A stretch of 64,000 nucleotides of DNA from positions 202,554,001-202,618,000 of the forward strand of contig NC_042997.1 of the NCBI RefSeq assembly GCF_006345805.1, in the 5' to 3' direction. Under the pieces are notes generated by a model that saw only the letters and a program-made list of their open reading frames with translations, did not search any database and was not told where the DNA came from. Positions 14,535 through 26,918 of the stretch are shown piece after piece (within the stretch, counting starts at the first letter, position 1; each line of letters opens with the position of its first letter). Position numbers and translations under genes: made by a program. This stretch comes from Octopus sinensis (taxonomy: Eukaryota).

Positions 14535-14905
14535 CTCTCTTTTTACTCTTTTACTTGTTTCAGTCATTTGACTGCAGCCATGCTGGAGCACCGCCTTTAG
14601 TCGAGCAAATTGACCCCAGGACTTATTCTTTGTAAGCCTAGTACTTATTCTATTGGTCTCTTTTACCGAACCGCTAAGTTATGGGGACGTGAACACATCA
14701 GCATTGGTTGTCAAGTGATGTTGGTGGGACACACACACAGACACACAAGTACACATACATATATATACTTATACATATATACGACGGCCTTCTTTCTGTT
14801 TCCGTCTACCAAATCCACACACAAGGCTTTGGTTGGCCGAAGGCTATAGTAAATGACACTTGCCCAAGGTGCCACGCAGTGGGACTGAAATCAGAACCAT
14901 GTGGT
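14535..14905 (-). mobile_element. tRNA-headed SINE family A (ggcgcaggagtggctgtgtgg...ggttcagtccc...ccttgggcaagt...aaaagagtaaaagag)
   Basis: A/B-box-like head, an internal (TA/TG)n tract and an AAAAGAGT tail. Near-full copies lie at 27599-27972, 38840-39258 and 59965-60299 (+), and 34480-34862, 36995-37380, 40040-40412 and 42840-43163 (-). Many fragments occur elsewhere. Confidence 0.92.
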
Positions 14906-16099
14906 AAAAAGTTGTTTTATGAAACCAAGTCTAAATTCATTAAAATTTTAGAACTTAATTGGGTGTATAAAGGGTGTATTTTGGTTAGAAGTATAGTAAT
15001 GAAAGGGTTACTTAATAAAGAGATATTTATTGGATTCAAGATTGCAAGAGAATGATGATGTATAAGCATGCAGAAAGCCAGATGTGAGATAATCTTCCAT
15101 AGAGGTCTCATTGGAGAATTTAGACTGAAACCCAAGCTAACAAAAATGTAGGTGCAGGCATGGTTGTGTGGTTAGAAGCTTGCTTTGCAGCCACATTGTT
15201 TCAGGTTCAGTCCTAGCGTATGGTACCTTGAGTAAGCATCATTTATAGCCCTGGGTTGACCACTGCCTTGTGAGTGGATTTGGTAGAATAAAACTGGAAG
15301 CCCATTGCATGTGTGTGTATTTATATATATTTGTGTCACAAAAGTTTGGTGCAGGCTTTGGCCTGGCCTGCTCTTGTGGTACCGTCCCATCCATGCTAGC
15401 ATGGAACACAGACATTAAATGATGATGATGATGTGTTTGTCCCACCACCGCCTCTTGACAACTAGTATTGGTTGGTTTGTTTATGTTCCTATAATTTAGT
15501 AGTTTGATAAAAGAGACCAATAGAATAAATACTAGACTAATTAGTTCTGAGATTGATTTGTTCTACTAAAAGGACTCCAAGGTGAAGTTCCAGCATGGCC
15601 ATTTTCCAATGATTGAAACAAGTAAAAGCTAATTAATCGTACTATGTAAATCATTGACCCATGTAACTCCTGCAGACAGACACCTAATTATTGCAGCTGA
15701 TTGTATCTCTCTATTTCTGTAGACTCTAATCTAATTACATGAAGGAGAAGCTCCCCACTGGCCACGATACTGTGAAAATGGAAGCCTTTCTTATTCCTGT
15801 TCCATTAACTCAATCGCATGGAGAATATGTAATGTCTTAATTTTTCCTCATTTTTTTCTCTACTTCTGCATTAATAACCTGACCATTTCCAGCTAACAAC
15901 ACTTCTTGTATCTTTAATCTCATTCCACTTTTAACCCTCAAATTTTCTGCCTGTTTTATGTTCAAACTGGTCAGATCCATCTTCTTACACCTACCCTATA
16001 ATGTCATTCTAAAAATAAACAATTACACTATCAAAATCTTGAAGCTATGAGATAATGGAAGATTATTTCAAAACAAATTACATTTGACAGGAATTGAAT

Positions 16100-16310
16100 G
16101 CTATAGGTTAAATGTCTAACTACCCTACTATGATTTTTTTTCAGTTCCTGCTAGAAATAACAGCAAATCTCCTGCAAATCGTACCTTCCCATGCTAAAAA
16201 TAAGTGATACATTGTACAATGTAGTCCTGAGTGTACAAAAAGACAGGATGGTCATGTTTGGAACATCTACAATCATATGTCTAATCTTGAGCTAGATATA
16301 AGAACTAACT
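16100..16310 (+). repeat. Old dispersed repeat (ctgctagaaatagcagccaaatc...ggatggtcatgg...(aac)n-like end)
   Basis: Related copies lie at about 21650-21850, 22850-23080, 40990-41225 and 51130-51365. Class not determined. Confidence 0.6.
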
Positions 16311-16849
16311 AATTAGTAAGCATTACCAGTCTTTTGGTAACAGAGTTCCAATAACTTAGTCATTGTAAAACAACATCCCATCATAGTTCTTTCCAGCAGA
16401 CATAGCTAAGTCACCACTTTTCTAATTATAAATTCTTCACATCCATAGTCTTTACTGACATGATTGTAATGTTTCCTAATTATTTCTAGTGACAACAAAA
16501 ATGTCCGCATTAATTAAGAAATTTGTAATGGAATGCTATTGTATATGGAGGCTGCACCTCTATAAAATAGCATGTACAGTACATGATCATCTTGTTTATG
16601 ATGTAGGGTCTAAGTCATCAACAGAATTAGCAATTTAATTAATTGACATTAATCATCTACACACTCCTCAATTGTGGTTAAGATATTTGCTTCATAAACA
16701 TGTGTTTTTGGGTTCAGTCTTATTACACAGCAATTTAGGCAAGTCTTCAACTATGCCCCAGGCACATCAAATCCTTGTGATTGAATTTGGTAGATGGATA
16801 GTGAAAGAAACCATTGTGGGTGTATGTGTGTGTGTGTGAGCATGTTTGT

Positions 16850-17070
16850 GTCTCCTTGTCTTGACATCATATAATTGTAAATGAATGTCATGCTCATGTA
16901 AAGGGGTGTCATGGCTACCAGTCTTCCATGAGAAACCTGTCTGGCCATGGGGAAATATTGCTTTGCTTGGAAACAAATGAGAGTTGATGACAGGGAGAGC
17001 ACCTGGCTGTAGGAAATTTGCCTCAATACAATCTGTCTGACCCATGCAGGCATGGCAAAGTGGTCAATAA
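16850..17070 (+). mobile_element. Second RTE-type tail family D (gaggcagattttctacagc...cacctgtttccaagtaagataatatttcc)
   Basis: Shares the ccatgcttgcatgg...gatgatg tail with the RTE tails. Copies lie at about 10690-10870, 25110-25300, 32060-32400, 32600-32760, 39710-39857, 41790-42020, 43200-43340, 46480-46660 and 59310-59414. Confidence 0.75.
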
Positions 17071-17837
17071 AATGATGTTGATGATTATGCTGATTATATA
17101 AAGCCTCCTGAATTTCGATTCTATTACATTTATTGTATTATATCATCATCATTTAAGTTTAATTCATGTCTTTTCCTCTTTTGTAAGTATAGTGTAGCCA
17201 AATGGTTCACAACCACAAGGTTCTGGGTTCAATCCCATGGCATCTTCGGCAAATGTCATTTTCTATAGCCTCATGTTGATTCATTGCTTTCTGAGTGAAA
17301 TTTAGTTGACAGAAACTGTACAGATTGTAACAACAATTCAAAAAGAACCACCTTGTCACATGCCACTTTATAGTAATTCTACTGGAGAATTACATGTCTA
17401 TGGAACACTCATCCACTTACACATTAATTCAGGGGCAGGTAATCCAGTTGATCAAACAACTGAATCATCTTTATTGATTGACAGAAATCTGCCACTTACA
17501 CTAAAACTCAGTCGAAAGCCATGATCATCACAGTTCCTATTTCTCTGTCCTCCTACAATTCTTAAGCAAGTCTTTTGTTGTTTAATAAAAAAACAAATCA
17601 ATATTTTTAGATATTGGATATGTGATTGTTTGTCAGTTGACTTGATCTGAGAGTCTGTGTTGAAACTGGACCAATTACACAACAGTAGGGTCATGTCTGT
17701 TGTTTAAAAGACACAGACACTATTGTACTTTGTTATATTTTGTATTAGTTTCAGTGTCTTTTGTTGTATATCTCGTGACTTCATCATCATCATCATTATT
17801 TAAAGTCTATGTTAAGTCTATGTTCCATGCTTGTATA

Positions 17838-18685
17838 TAGGGTGTGGTGAATAAATTGTTGTCTAAATTATGCAAAAATGAAAATCTCATTTTATCAGAT
17901 TACATAAAAATATCTTGAAATACTAAAGAGTAAGTTTATTCAATAAAATTGCCATTGGCTTCAACCACGGCCTCCAGAGGACTTCAGAATCTCCGGCAAC
18001 TCTTCTGGATGGTTTCCTTGTTTAAGTTGGTGAATGCTGCCATAACCCTTGCCTTCAGTTCATCTTTGGTGTTACAAGGAGTTTTGTTGGTCTCCTGCTC
18101 AACTGCGCCTCATACTTAATAATCAAGGAGGTTGTAGTCTGGGGAGTTAGATGGCCAGATGTTAGGGATGATGTGCTTGCAGAAATTGTCTGACAGCCAT
18201 GACTAGGTTCTCCTGCTTGTGTGGCAAGGTGCAGAATTTTGTTGCCAGACATAGGGTCTCCCAGCAGCTACCCTCTTGAACTAGGGCAGCACTACTGCCT
18301 CCAGGTACTTGATATAGGTCTCTGTTTTGCGTGTGAGGCCATGTGGGAAGATGAATGGAGGCATAACGTCACCATCACTGGTAATCACTCCAAACACCAT
18401 GATGTTGACTGGATGTTTGATTTTTATCCCTCTCCATACATGTCCTCAGATTGACACCCAAGCATTCTGAAATGTTCATATTGGAGCTTGTGGCGCAAAT
18501 GCCAAGCAGTACAACATATTGTTCCCAAATTTCTGACAGAGTGAATTGTGTCATGGTGCTATTTTTCTCACAAACAGTGCCCAACTGACCCTACTATACT
18601 GTGTAGTCAATAAAATCAAAAACAAACAATACACATGTGGAAAATTAAAAATATAAAATGGCGTCAATTTACCCATTGTACCCTT
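17838..18685 (-). mobile_element. Internally deleted, pseudogenised DD37D (maT-type) Tc1/mariner DNA transposon
   Basis: The N-terminus MTQFTLSEIW...ECLGVNLRT (ATG 18554) is joined out of frame to KHPVNIMVFGVITSDG...WQQNSAPCH...WPSNSPDYNLLDY...LEAVVEANGNFIE* (stop 17936). There are 37 residues between the second catalytic position (D to N here) and the last D. Diverged TIRs TAGGGTGTGGTGAATAAATTG / AAGGGTACAATGGGTAAATTG are flanked by TA. Confidence 0.9.
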
Positions 18686-20761
18686 TAGGTAATAGAATTT
18701 GACAGGATCTGACAAGTCCAAAGACTGCACAAATCTCCAATGTCAGTTTTGGCATGGTTTCTATGGCAGGATACCCTTTCCAATGCCATCCACTTGAATA
18801 TGTGTATTGCATGCTTTTTTCATGGTGTCAGCTCTAGTAAAGTTTCCAAGTATAGACAAGGCAAAAGAAGAACAGGAAAAAGCCCCTGTGATTAGGTGAC
18901 GGGAGTATTTGTGATGGTGAGGTACTTTTATGCCAGTTGCTTAAAGGCTAAAATATGATTGCAGTGTCTTGCTATAGAGTAGATACCCGGTTACCCCATG
19001 TTAAATGAAAGCACTTGTGCCAGTGCCATGCAAAAGGCACCCATGGTGGTGCCAGGTAAAATGCACACCGTCTACTCTGTTAAGTGGCTGACAGTAGGAA
19101 GGGCATCAAGCATTGTAAGGACGATGCCAAAACAGACAATGAAGCCTGGTGCAACTCTCTGGCTTGTTTGTTCTGGTCAAACCATCCAGCATGGAAAATG
19201 GATATTAAATGATGATGGTGGTAATGGTGGTGGTGGTGGTGCGTGGGAAGAAAATAAAGATGGTTGTGATGGGATTATTTTTATAACAGGAGTTTTCTAA
19301 TCTACATTGTTCTTTTCTTAATCTTCTTTTTAATGAGTTTACTGTCTTCTTAAACATCTCTTCATCATTTCTCTTCACGTACTTATTATAGAGCAGTGAG
19401 TTTGCAAAGTCATTAGATTTCTGGGAAGAATGTGTTGTAGTATTCATTGTGACTCTCTATGCTCTGAGTTCAAATCCCACCCAGGTCAGCTTTGGTTTTT
19501 ATCCTTTTGGGGTTGATAAATAAAGTCCACTCAATGCTAAGGTCAATCCTTCTTCTTTCTCTCTTGAAGAAATCAGCTGTGTTCTGACCTGGAGAAGGAA
19601 GAGCTCTACCAGGCTTAACAATGACCAAGAGTCACCATATGTCACAGTGACATCCTCTACAACTCCACCAGGAGTTAAGATCCCAAAGAAACAAAGGAAT
19701 GTATTATATACTCTGTTCATATTGGGTTTCTTTTTTCTTGTTTTTCACTTCAGATTTAAATCTCCAGATATTTCTCTCCCTTTCTACCCCACACTTTTTT
19801 TCTTTTTGGCTTTCGTATTGCTTTTCCATTCAGATCTTATCAATTATTCACTGCAGATTACTTGTTTTTCTTGTAAATAATGCTCAAATACTTTATACTC
19901 CTAAATATCTTAGTTTATCTAATCTTACTCTCTTGTATAGAGTCATATTTCGTATCATGTTTTACTCATCTCTTCTGTTTACCTTTATTCCAGGTTTCAC
20001 AAGTTCTAAATATAATAGAATCTGTTTACTCTGTTATTCCTGGTTCTACTATAAATAGGATTTAAAAATAGAGTTGTATTTCTAATCTAAAACATCTTTC
20101 AATTAAAATAATTATTTCCTCTGTAAGTTTGTGAATACATAAATTTTAATTAATTTTCTCCAAACTTTGTTTCGGCGTTTAAAAAGCTATAAATCTAAAT
20201 TTTTGTTACAAATATAATGATCTAAAAATAAAAGTAAAACTGTTGTAAAATGGCTTAGTTGCTATAGAGATATTTAAGTACAAGTACAACTGGTGTGTGT
20301 GTGTGGGGTGTGGGATACAGGAAATATATACATGAAACATAAAGAGTTCTTTAAGACATAAGAATGGAAAATATTTTCTGAGTTATTAATTAGTGGCAAC
20401 ACTGACATGTATAGCTTATGAAAAAGTTTTACTTAAATTCTAAGTAAACAGTTAACAAGTGAACATCCGGATACTTTGTTTAACTGAGAAAGTGAATATT
20501 AGAAAATGGAGATTAAATTTTAGGAAGTTGACTGCATATGTGTTATAAGAAAGGTCAGTGGAAAGATTCTGTTTAATTTTTTTGTAGTTTATAAAAATTT
20601 TTAAGTAACAGAATCAAATTAATATAGATGGAATTTTATGTTTGTGTGTGTGGCTATGAAATAGTTTAGCTATAGCATTATGCTCCTGAAAATTGCAGGA
20701 AGACATACAGCTTCAGTTTTGGAAGCCTAAGTAGGAAATTTAAACTGGATCTTCTTTTGAA

Positions 20762-21345
20762 CCCTTTAGCATTCAGATTACTCTCTCAAAATCTTATGTT
20801 TATTTATTCATCATCATCATCATCGTTTAACGTCCGCTTTCCATGCTAGCATGGGTTGGACGGTTCGACCAGGGTCTGGGAAGCCAGGAGGCTGCACCAG
20901 GCCCAGTCTGATCTAGTGGTGTTTCTACAGCTGGATGCCCTTCCTAACACCAACCACTCTGTGAGTGTAGTTGGTGCTTTTTACGTGCCACCAGCACAGG
21001 TGCCAGATGAGGCTGGCGATGGCCACAATGGGTTGGTGCTTTTTACGTGCCACCGGCATGGAGGCCAGTCGAGGCGGCGCTGGCAACGGCCACGTTCGGA
21101 TGGTTCTTTTACAAGCCACCGGCACTGGTATCACAATTACAATTTCCATTGATTTTTGATCGATTTCGATTTCATGTTGTTTTTAATTAATCATAAATTA
21201 CATCATAGCTTTAAGATTTTGACGACATGCTTCTTTGTTTTTAGAATAACATTGTAGGGTTATTGTGAGCATCCAGATCTGCCCAGTTTGAACTTAAAAC
21301 AGGTTGAATATTTGTCTGGATATGGCTAGTTTAAGTGCTAAAGGG
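20762..21345. mobile_element. piggyBac-type MITE split by an RTE-tail insertion
   Basis: CCCTTTAGCA...TGCTAAAGGG|TTAA termini. The internal sequence matches the uninterrupted copy at 6285-6485 on both sides of the insert. Confidence 0.8.
20810..21172 (-). mobile_element. Young RTE 3'-tail element inserted in a MITE
   Basis: catcatcatcgtttaacgtccgctttccatgctagcatgggttgg... with retained CpGs. Other copies lie at about 2000-2126, 5490-5700, 6905-7250, 11345-11660, 12330-12515, 13470-13680, 19000-19230, 24077-24255, 26230-26470, 31080-31290, 31665-31930, 42045-42215, 61330-61480 and 63630-63770. Confidence 0.9.
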
Positions 21346-22417
21346 TTAAAGATTAACCCTTATGATACCAACCTGCCTGACACCAACTGTGGTCTTGTAC
21401 TACAAACTTTCTGTTTTCAAGTGATCTAGAATTAAAATCTCCCATTAAAACTTCATGTTAATTTATGTTATGAACACCAGCTTAATTTGATTACTGTTTC
21501 ACTAAATTAATTAAAATGAATTCAGTTTTGGTGTATGCTTCAACAGAAATATGGTGATGAAAGACTTTAGTAGTAAATATGTGTCTTTTTTTGTGTGTTT
21601 TCATTCATTCATTTTATTTATCTGTGTAACTCATTTATTTTTCAAACTGATGAGGGAGCCACTGTGGGGTTGCTTGATATGCTGGAAATAGCAGCCAACT
21701 GCTACTTCATTTCATACCTTGTTGTCTTTGAAAAAGGATGATGCAGTACTAAGTAAAGCGTGTATGAAATAAAGACTGGATGGGCATGGCTGGAATGCAT
21801 TTGATCTTAAGTATGCTTAATCAGACCTGATCTAGGAATAAATGATAAGTCTTGGTAATTTTTTCAATTTTTATTAAAAGAAGAAAAAACAAAACGCTTA
21901 AAAACATGGCAAAGTTATTTTCTCGTTATTTTCTGCTGATTTTTAGAAACAATTTAGGAAAAAGGTGATCAGCACTGGCAAACTTCTATAGAATTAACTA
22001 ACGCGAAATGGCCTAGAACAATGGGATCACCTTTTCTTTAGGGCACACAAAATTTTACCAATTTATTTTATATGAATTCACATCAAACCCTTTGAAAATA
22101 AAAGATAGGTCTAATAACAATCTCCTACCCAGTCCTTTATTTTGTCTCCTCTTATTTTCCATTACTTTCTTTTGCCATTTTCTTTATCATGTTCTATTCA
22201 GAAGTCCTCTTTTAAGCCTCTCTTCCTATTTCTTAGCATCTTTCTTATCTACACCAACATCCACTGCTGGCCTCTTTCTTTTTTCTTGCTTTCTCCTTCC
22301 GTTGAAGCAATGCTATGCTACTGCAGTATACGTATAACTTGCCTATAACACAACACACGCACTCACTCACACACACATGCTTCTGTTCTTGCTGGAGTTT
22401 CTTTACTACTTCTTCAG

Positions 22418-22467
22418 TTCTGTTTAATTCGCCATCTCTTCTGCAATTACTGCTTGACTACAATAAG
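22418..22467 (+). CDS. Candidate exon (V)LFNSPSLLQLLLDYNK
   Basis: Polypyrimidine acceptor ttctttactacttcttcag and donor AAG|gtttga. Phase 1 to 0. Confidence 0.45.
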
Positions 22468-24642
22468 GTTTGATTGTTCTTTAGCCTGTATCAGCAGTTT
22501 CTATTTTAGTTACATAGTTTGCTTAAGAAAATAAACAAAAATATCTTATATCTTAAAACATTTTCAAGGAAAAGGTTGACGGTGGTGTTCAAGTTTTAGC
22601 TTTCTCCTTTTGTAAAACTGACGAAAGCAAGAAAGCCAAAACTTCAAAGTTACTGTCAAAAATATATCAATCCTTCAGTTAATTGTTTTTTATACATTTA
22701 ACTTCAGATAAAAACAAGTATTAATAAAATATTTTATATTAATCTACATTTGGTCCAAGGAATTTGTATATAATATAATAATAATCACCATTTCAAAAAT
22801 CATTTAAAGTAATCTAAAAGGCTCATTCTAAAATTATAGCTATTGAGTTTTGAGCAAATGAGGGAGTTTCTATGTAGTTCCTCATCCTGCTAGATATAAC
22901 AGTCAAAATCTCTGTAAGTCATCATCTTAAAAAAAAAAAAAAATACGAATGATGTTTTAGATAATGTAGTCATAGATACATTGTGTTTGAAAAGAAAAAT
23001 GGAATGGCTGGTCATGGTAGGAAGACTTTCAATCATAGTTTTGATCATTGGTCAGAATTAACTTAAAACTTAAACTTCAACAATCACAACCACTTTTGAA
23101 TTTAGCATTATAATCTGAGGAATTAATGTGTAAGACATTATTATTTTTTTGTAGGAATTATGGTGGTGTTCTAGCAGACTCATTAGCATGCTGGACAAAA
23201 TGCTTAGCAGTATTTCTTCTAGTTTGAAATGCCACTGAAGCTGACTTTGTCTTTCATCGTTTTTCAGGGTCGGTAAAATAAGTATCAGTTGATCAGTGAT
23301 GTCAAAGTAATCAGCTTGCCCCTCCTCTCAAAATTTCTGGCCTTGTTCCAAAATTCGAAAGAATGATTTCTTGTAGCAATTATGTAAAGGAAAGATAACT
23401 GAATATTAATTGCTGGCAAGAACACAGTATTTTGTTTTGCAACCATAATATGCTACCAAATATGTTAAAAGTTTAAAAGTCAATATTGTGCCTTATCTTG
23501 TGTTAGCAGTGCAATATTCTCACTTTTAAGTTTGTCTTGATAGTTGTAACTTGCAGTGTTGGCTCTGAATTCGATAGGAAATAAGCTTAAAAGCTGGATA
23601 ACTGAATATCTTTGTGTTTTTTCTGAAGAACTTTACCAACTAAATTTCACATCATTTTATTTTATAAATCCTGTGGTATAAACTTTTACTTCATAATACA
23701 AGACTTAAGTCTTTGTATTTAACCCTTTTGATAACAACCTACCCAAGACTGCCTCTGGTTCTGTGATACGAATTTCCTGTTAGAAATTAACATGGAATTT
23801 TAATGGAAGGTTTTCATTTACACCACTTCAAAACAGGGACTTTATATCACAGAGCCAGTGGTAGTCTTGAGTAGTTGGTTTCAAAAGGGTTACCAAAGAG
23901 ATTTATGTTTTCTCCATTTTCATTACTTTTAGTATTTTTTCCTTTGGGCAAGAAAATTCTAATTCAGTTTCATTGCATCTTCTTTCGTTTCCATATTGTC
24001 TTACAGTTAGCTCAGGTTTTTAAGAAACTCATCTTGTTTCTACACTCACTATGGTATTTTTAGTACTGACACTAACATCATCATCGTTTAACATCCGCTT
24101 TCCATGCTAGCATGGGTTGGACGAGTTTGACTGAGGGCTGGCGAACCAGATGGCTGCACCAGGCTCCAATCTTGATCTGGCAGAGTTTCTACTGCTGGAT
24201 GCCCTTCCTAACGCCAACCACTCTGAGAGTGTAGTGGGTGCTTTTTACGTGCCATATATCATATGTTTATACAAATAATTTTAATTATGCAATCTGGCTA
24301 GAAGAAATTTTGAAATTACATTGAATTAACTGATGGCAGTATTATTTAGACAAAGGCAGCAAGCTGACAGAATCGTTAGTACATTGGACAAAATGCTTAG
24401 CAACAACATTTCATTTGTCTTTACGTTTAGAGTTCAAACTCTGCCAAGGTCAACTTTGCCTTTCATCCTTTCAGGTTTGGTAATATAAGTACCGGTTGAG
24501 CACTGGGGTCAGTGTAATTGACTTATCCCTTCTCCCAAAATTTTTGACCTTCTGCCAAAATTTGAAATCATTATTTAGACAAAGCTGAAATGTATTTGAG
24601 AAGTTTTGTGGCCTTCTTTCCTTTTGTTACACAGTGTATTAA

Positions 24643-24864
24643 CCCTTTCATTACTGTATTTCTTTTGAGATGCTCTGTGTTTCTTTCAATTAATTTTAAA
24701 TGTAACAAAGAATTTAGTAAAATAACTTAGTTATCATTCAGCTAGTGTTAGGAACATAAATTTTGACTAAGGAGTGGTGGAAAACTTTAATTCAGAACTT
24801 ATGAAAACAAGACATTTGTACTACAGAGCCAGAGGCAGTTTTAGCTGGGTTGGTATTGAAAGGG
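24643..24864. mobile_element. piggyBac-type MITE, 222 bp
   Basis: TTAA|CCCTTTCATTAC...GTATTGAAAGGG|TTAA, highly similar to 13728-13947. Confidence 0.9.
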
Positions 24865-25405
24865 TTAATGTTTTTGTATTAAAATATGTAGACTTTAGTC
24901 ACCAAGTTGATTGAGCGAACAAAAAAATGTTTTGTAGAAACCAGATACGTTGTTGGCTTTGTATTTTTTTCTGCAAGTGGTGTTTACTATTACGTTATAA
25001 TGACTAACTTGAGTGCTGACTGCATATGTGTGTTTCTGCACGTGCATATTGTGCATGTATATATGTCATCACAAACAGCATCTCAGCTGTTTTTCATGTT
25101 TACATGGATCAGACGAAGTTTCTTGAGGCAGATTTTCTACAGCTTGATGCCCTTCCTATCACCAGCCTTCACCTGTTTCCAAGTAAGATATATTTTCTCA
25201 TGACCAGGCATATTTATATTGGAGGTTGGAAACGGAGAACACCACTTTCATGAGGATGACACAACTTTATAATTATCATGTGATGTCAAGACAAAGTGGC
25301 AGAACACACAAATCTGTATGTGTGTATATATGACAGGGTTATAGAAAACACTTACTCAAGGTCCCATATAGTGGGACTGAAACTGGATGATGATATATAT
25401 ATATA

Positions 25406-25439
<34 letters not shown>

Positions 25440-25729
25440 AAAAATAGTAAAATAGGGTTAAATCAATTGATAATTATATTTATTAATTAAAAAAATAGAC
25501 ATATTATGTACATTTTTATAATTAATAAATATGATTATTAATTGATTTATCTCTATTTTCTTATTTTTCTTAAATAAATATAAACCTTGGTTTATTTACT
25601 TACTATTTCTGAGTATTAAAATTAATATTTAAAATAAATAATAGGTAATAAACCAGTAAATCCATTGGATATTATTATCCCTTAACGAGGCTTATTTAAC
25701 CTCTAATTGAACTTGTATATATATATATG

Positions 25730-25870
25730 GGGGATTCACAAAAAAACAAAAGACGAAGACAGGTGGTGTAGACAACAAACAGATGTATTAGTTTAATGCT
25801 CGGGAAGTGAAAAAGCCTTTAATGTTTCAAGCCTAGGCTCTTCCACAGAAAGAAACGAGAGAAAATAAAG
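25730..25870 (-). mobile_element. Penelope-like 3' tail with a degenerate hammerhead-like motif
   Basis: The minus strand reads CTTT CTGTGGA AGAGC-CTAG-GCTT GAAAC ATT AAAG and then a pyrimidine-rich tail. The Penelope assignment is inferred from this motif only. Confidence 0.45.
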
Positions 25871-26552
25871 GATGTTTAGTGGCTAGCAATGGTGGCTGCT
25901 TTCTTGTGTGTGAGCAAAGCCATTGCTAGGAAGGATTCATTGAAATGAGTCATTGATAATGCAATGTGAGGTCTTTTTATGACACTTGAACCCTGCCAAG
26001 GATTTGCACATTTTATTGCATAATGTACAGTTGTGCTGGCTAGCAGAAGGAACAGGTGCCGCAGTATGGAGTTTTTTGACATGTCTTTTAATCTTCCAAC
26101 TGAATGGAACACCTTTCTACAACAGAAAGTTGTTAATAGTTTGATGCTAAGGAAATTAGGAAAAAAGAAATGTCTAACATTTTGAGGATTCACTCCTCCT
26201 CCCCCCTCCTCCTCCTCCTCATCATCAGCAGCAGCAGCAGTTAATGTCCATTTTTCATACTGGCATGGATTGGACAGTTTTGCAGAAGCTGGTAAGCTGA
26301 AGAACCGCACCAGGCTCCAGTTGTCTGATTTGGCATGGTTTATAAAGCTGGATGCCCTTCCTAATGCCATCCACTTAACAGAGTGTACTAGATGCATTTT
26401 ATATGGCACTAGTACTGGTGCTTTTCCAGTGGCGTTGGTCTCATTGGGGTCGCCAGGTAACTTGAGAGATGGAGAAGGAAAACTGGAGAAATTGAAATGC
26501 ATGTGTTGAACCATCACAGCCTGCATTTGTTTAGTTAATGTCCATTTTACCA

Positions 26553-26787
26553 AGGCAGCGAGCTGGCAGAATCGTTAGCACGCCGGGCGAAATGCGTAGC
26601 CGTATTTCATCTGCTGTTACGTTCTGAGTTCAAATTCCGCTGAGGTTGACTTTGCCTTTCATCCTTTCGAGGTCGATAAATTAAGTACCAGTTACACACT
26701 GGGGTCGATGTAATCGACTTAATACCTATGTCTGTCCTTGTTTGTCCCCTCTATGTTTAGCCCCTTGTGGGTAATAAAGAAATAGGT
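26553..26787 (+). mobile_element. Young full-length SINE family B
   Basis: CpG-rich intact head ggcagcgagctggcagaatcgttagcacgccgggcg and tail aaagaaatagg. Confidence 0.92.
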
Positions 26788-26918
26788 ACTTAATTTATCG
26801 ACCCCAAAAGGATGAAAGGCGAAGTCGACCTCGGCAGAATTTGAACTCAGAACATAATAGCCGACGAAATACGGCTACGCATTTCGCCTGCCGTGCTAAC
26901 GTTTCTGCCAGCTCGCCG
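26785..26918 (-). mobile_element. 3'-truncated SINE family B copy in inverted orientation
   Basis: Its reverse complement aligns with the first ~135 nt of the copy at 26553. Confidence 0.9.

Noticed and set aside
19567-19700. Exon-like GC-richer segment EISCVLTWRRKSSTRLNNDQESPYV...
   Set aside because: The acceptor is good, but there is no convincing donor and no recognisable similarity.
21645-21700. CTGATGAG hammerhead-like seed (another CTGATGA lies near 553)
   Set aside because: There is no properly closed stem II followed by GAAA, and no stem I.
25876-26553. Longest supplied ORF (225 aa, - strand)
   Set aside because: It reads through two RTE-tail copies and a GAG/GAT microsatellite, so it is a composite of repeats rather than a gene.
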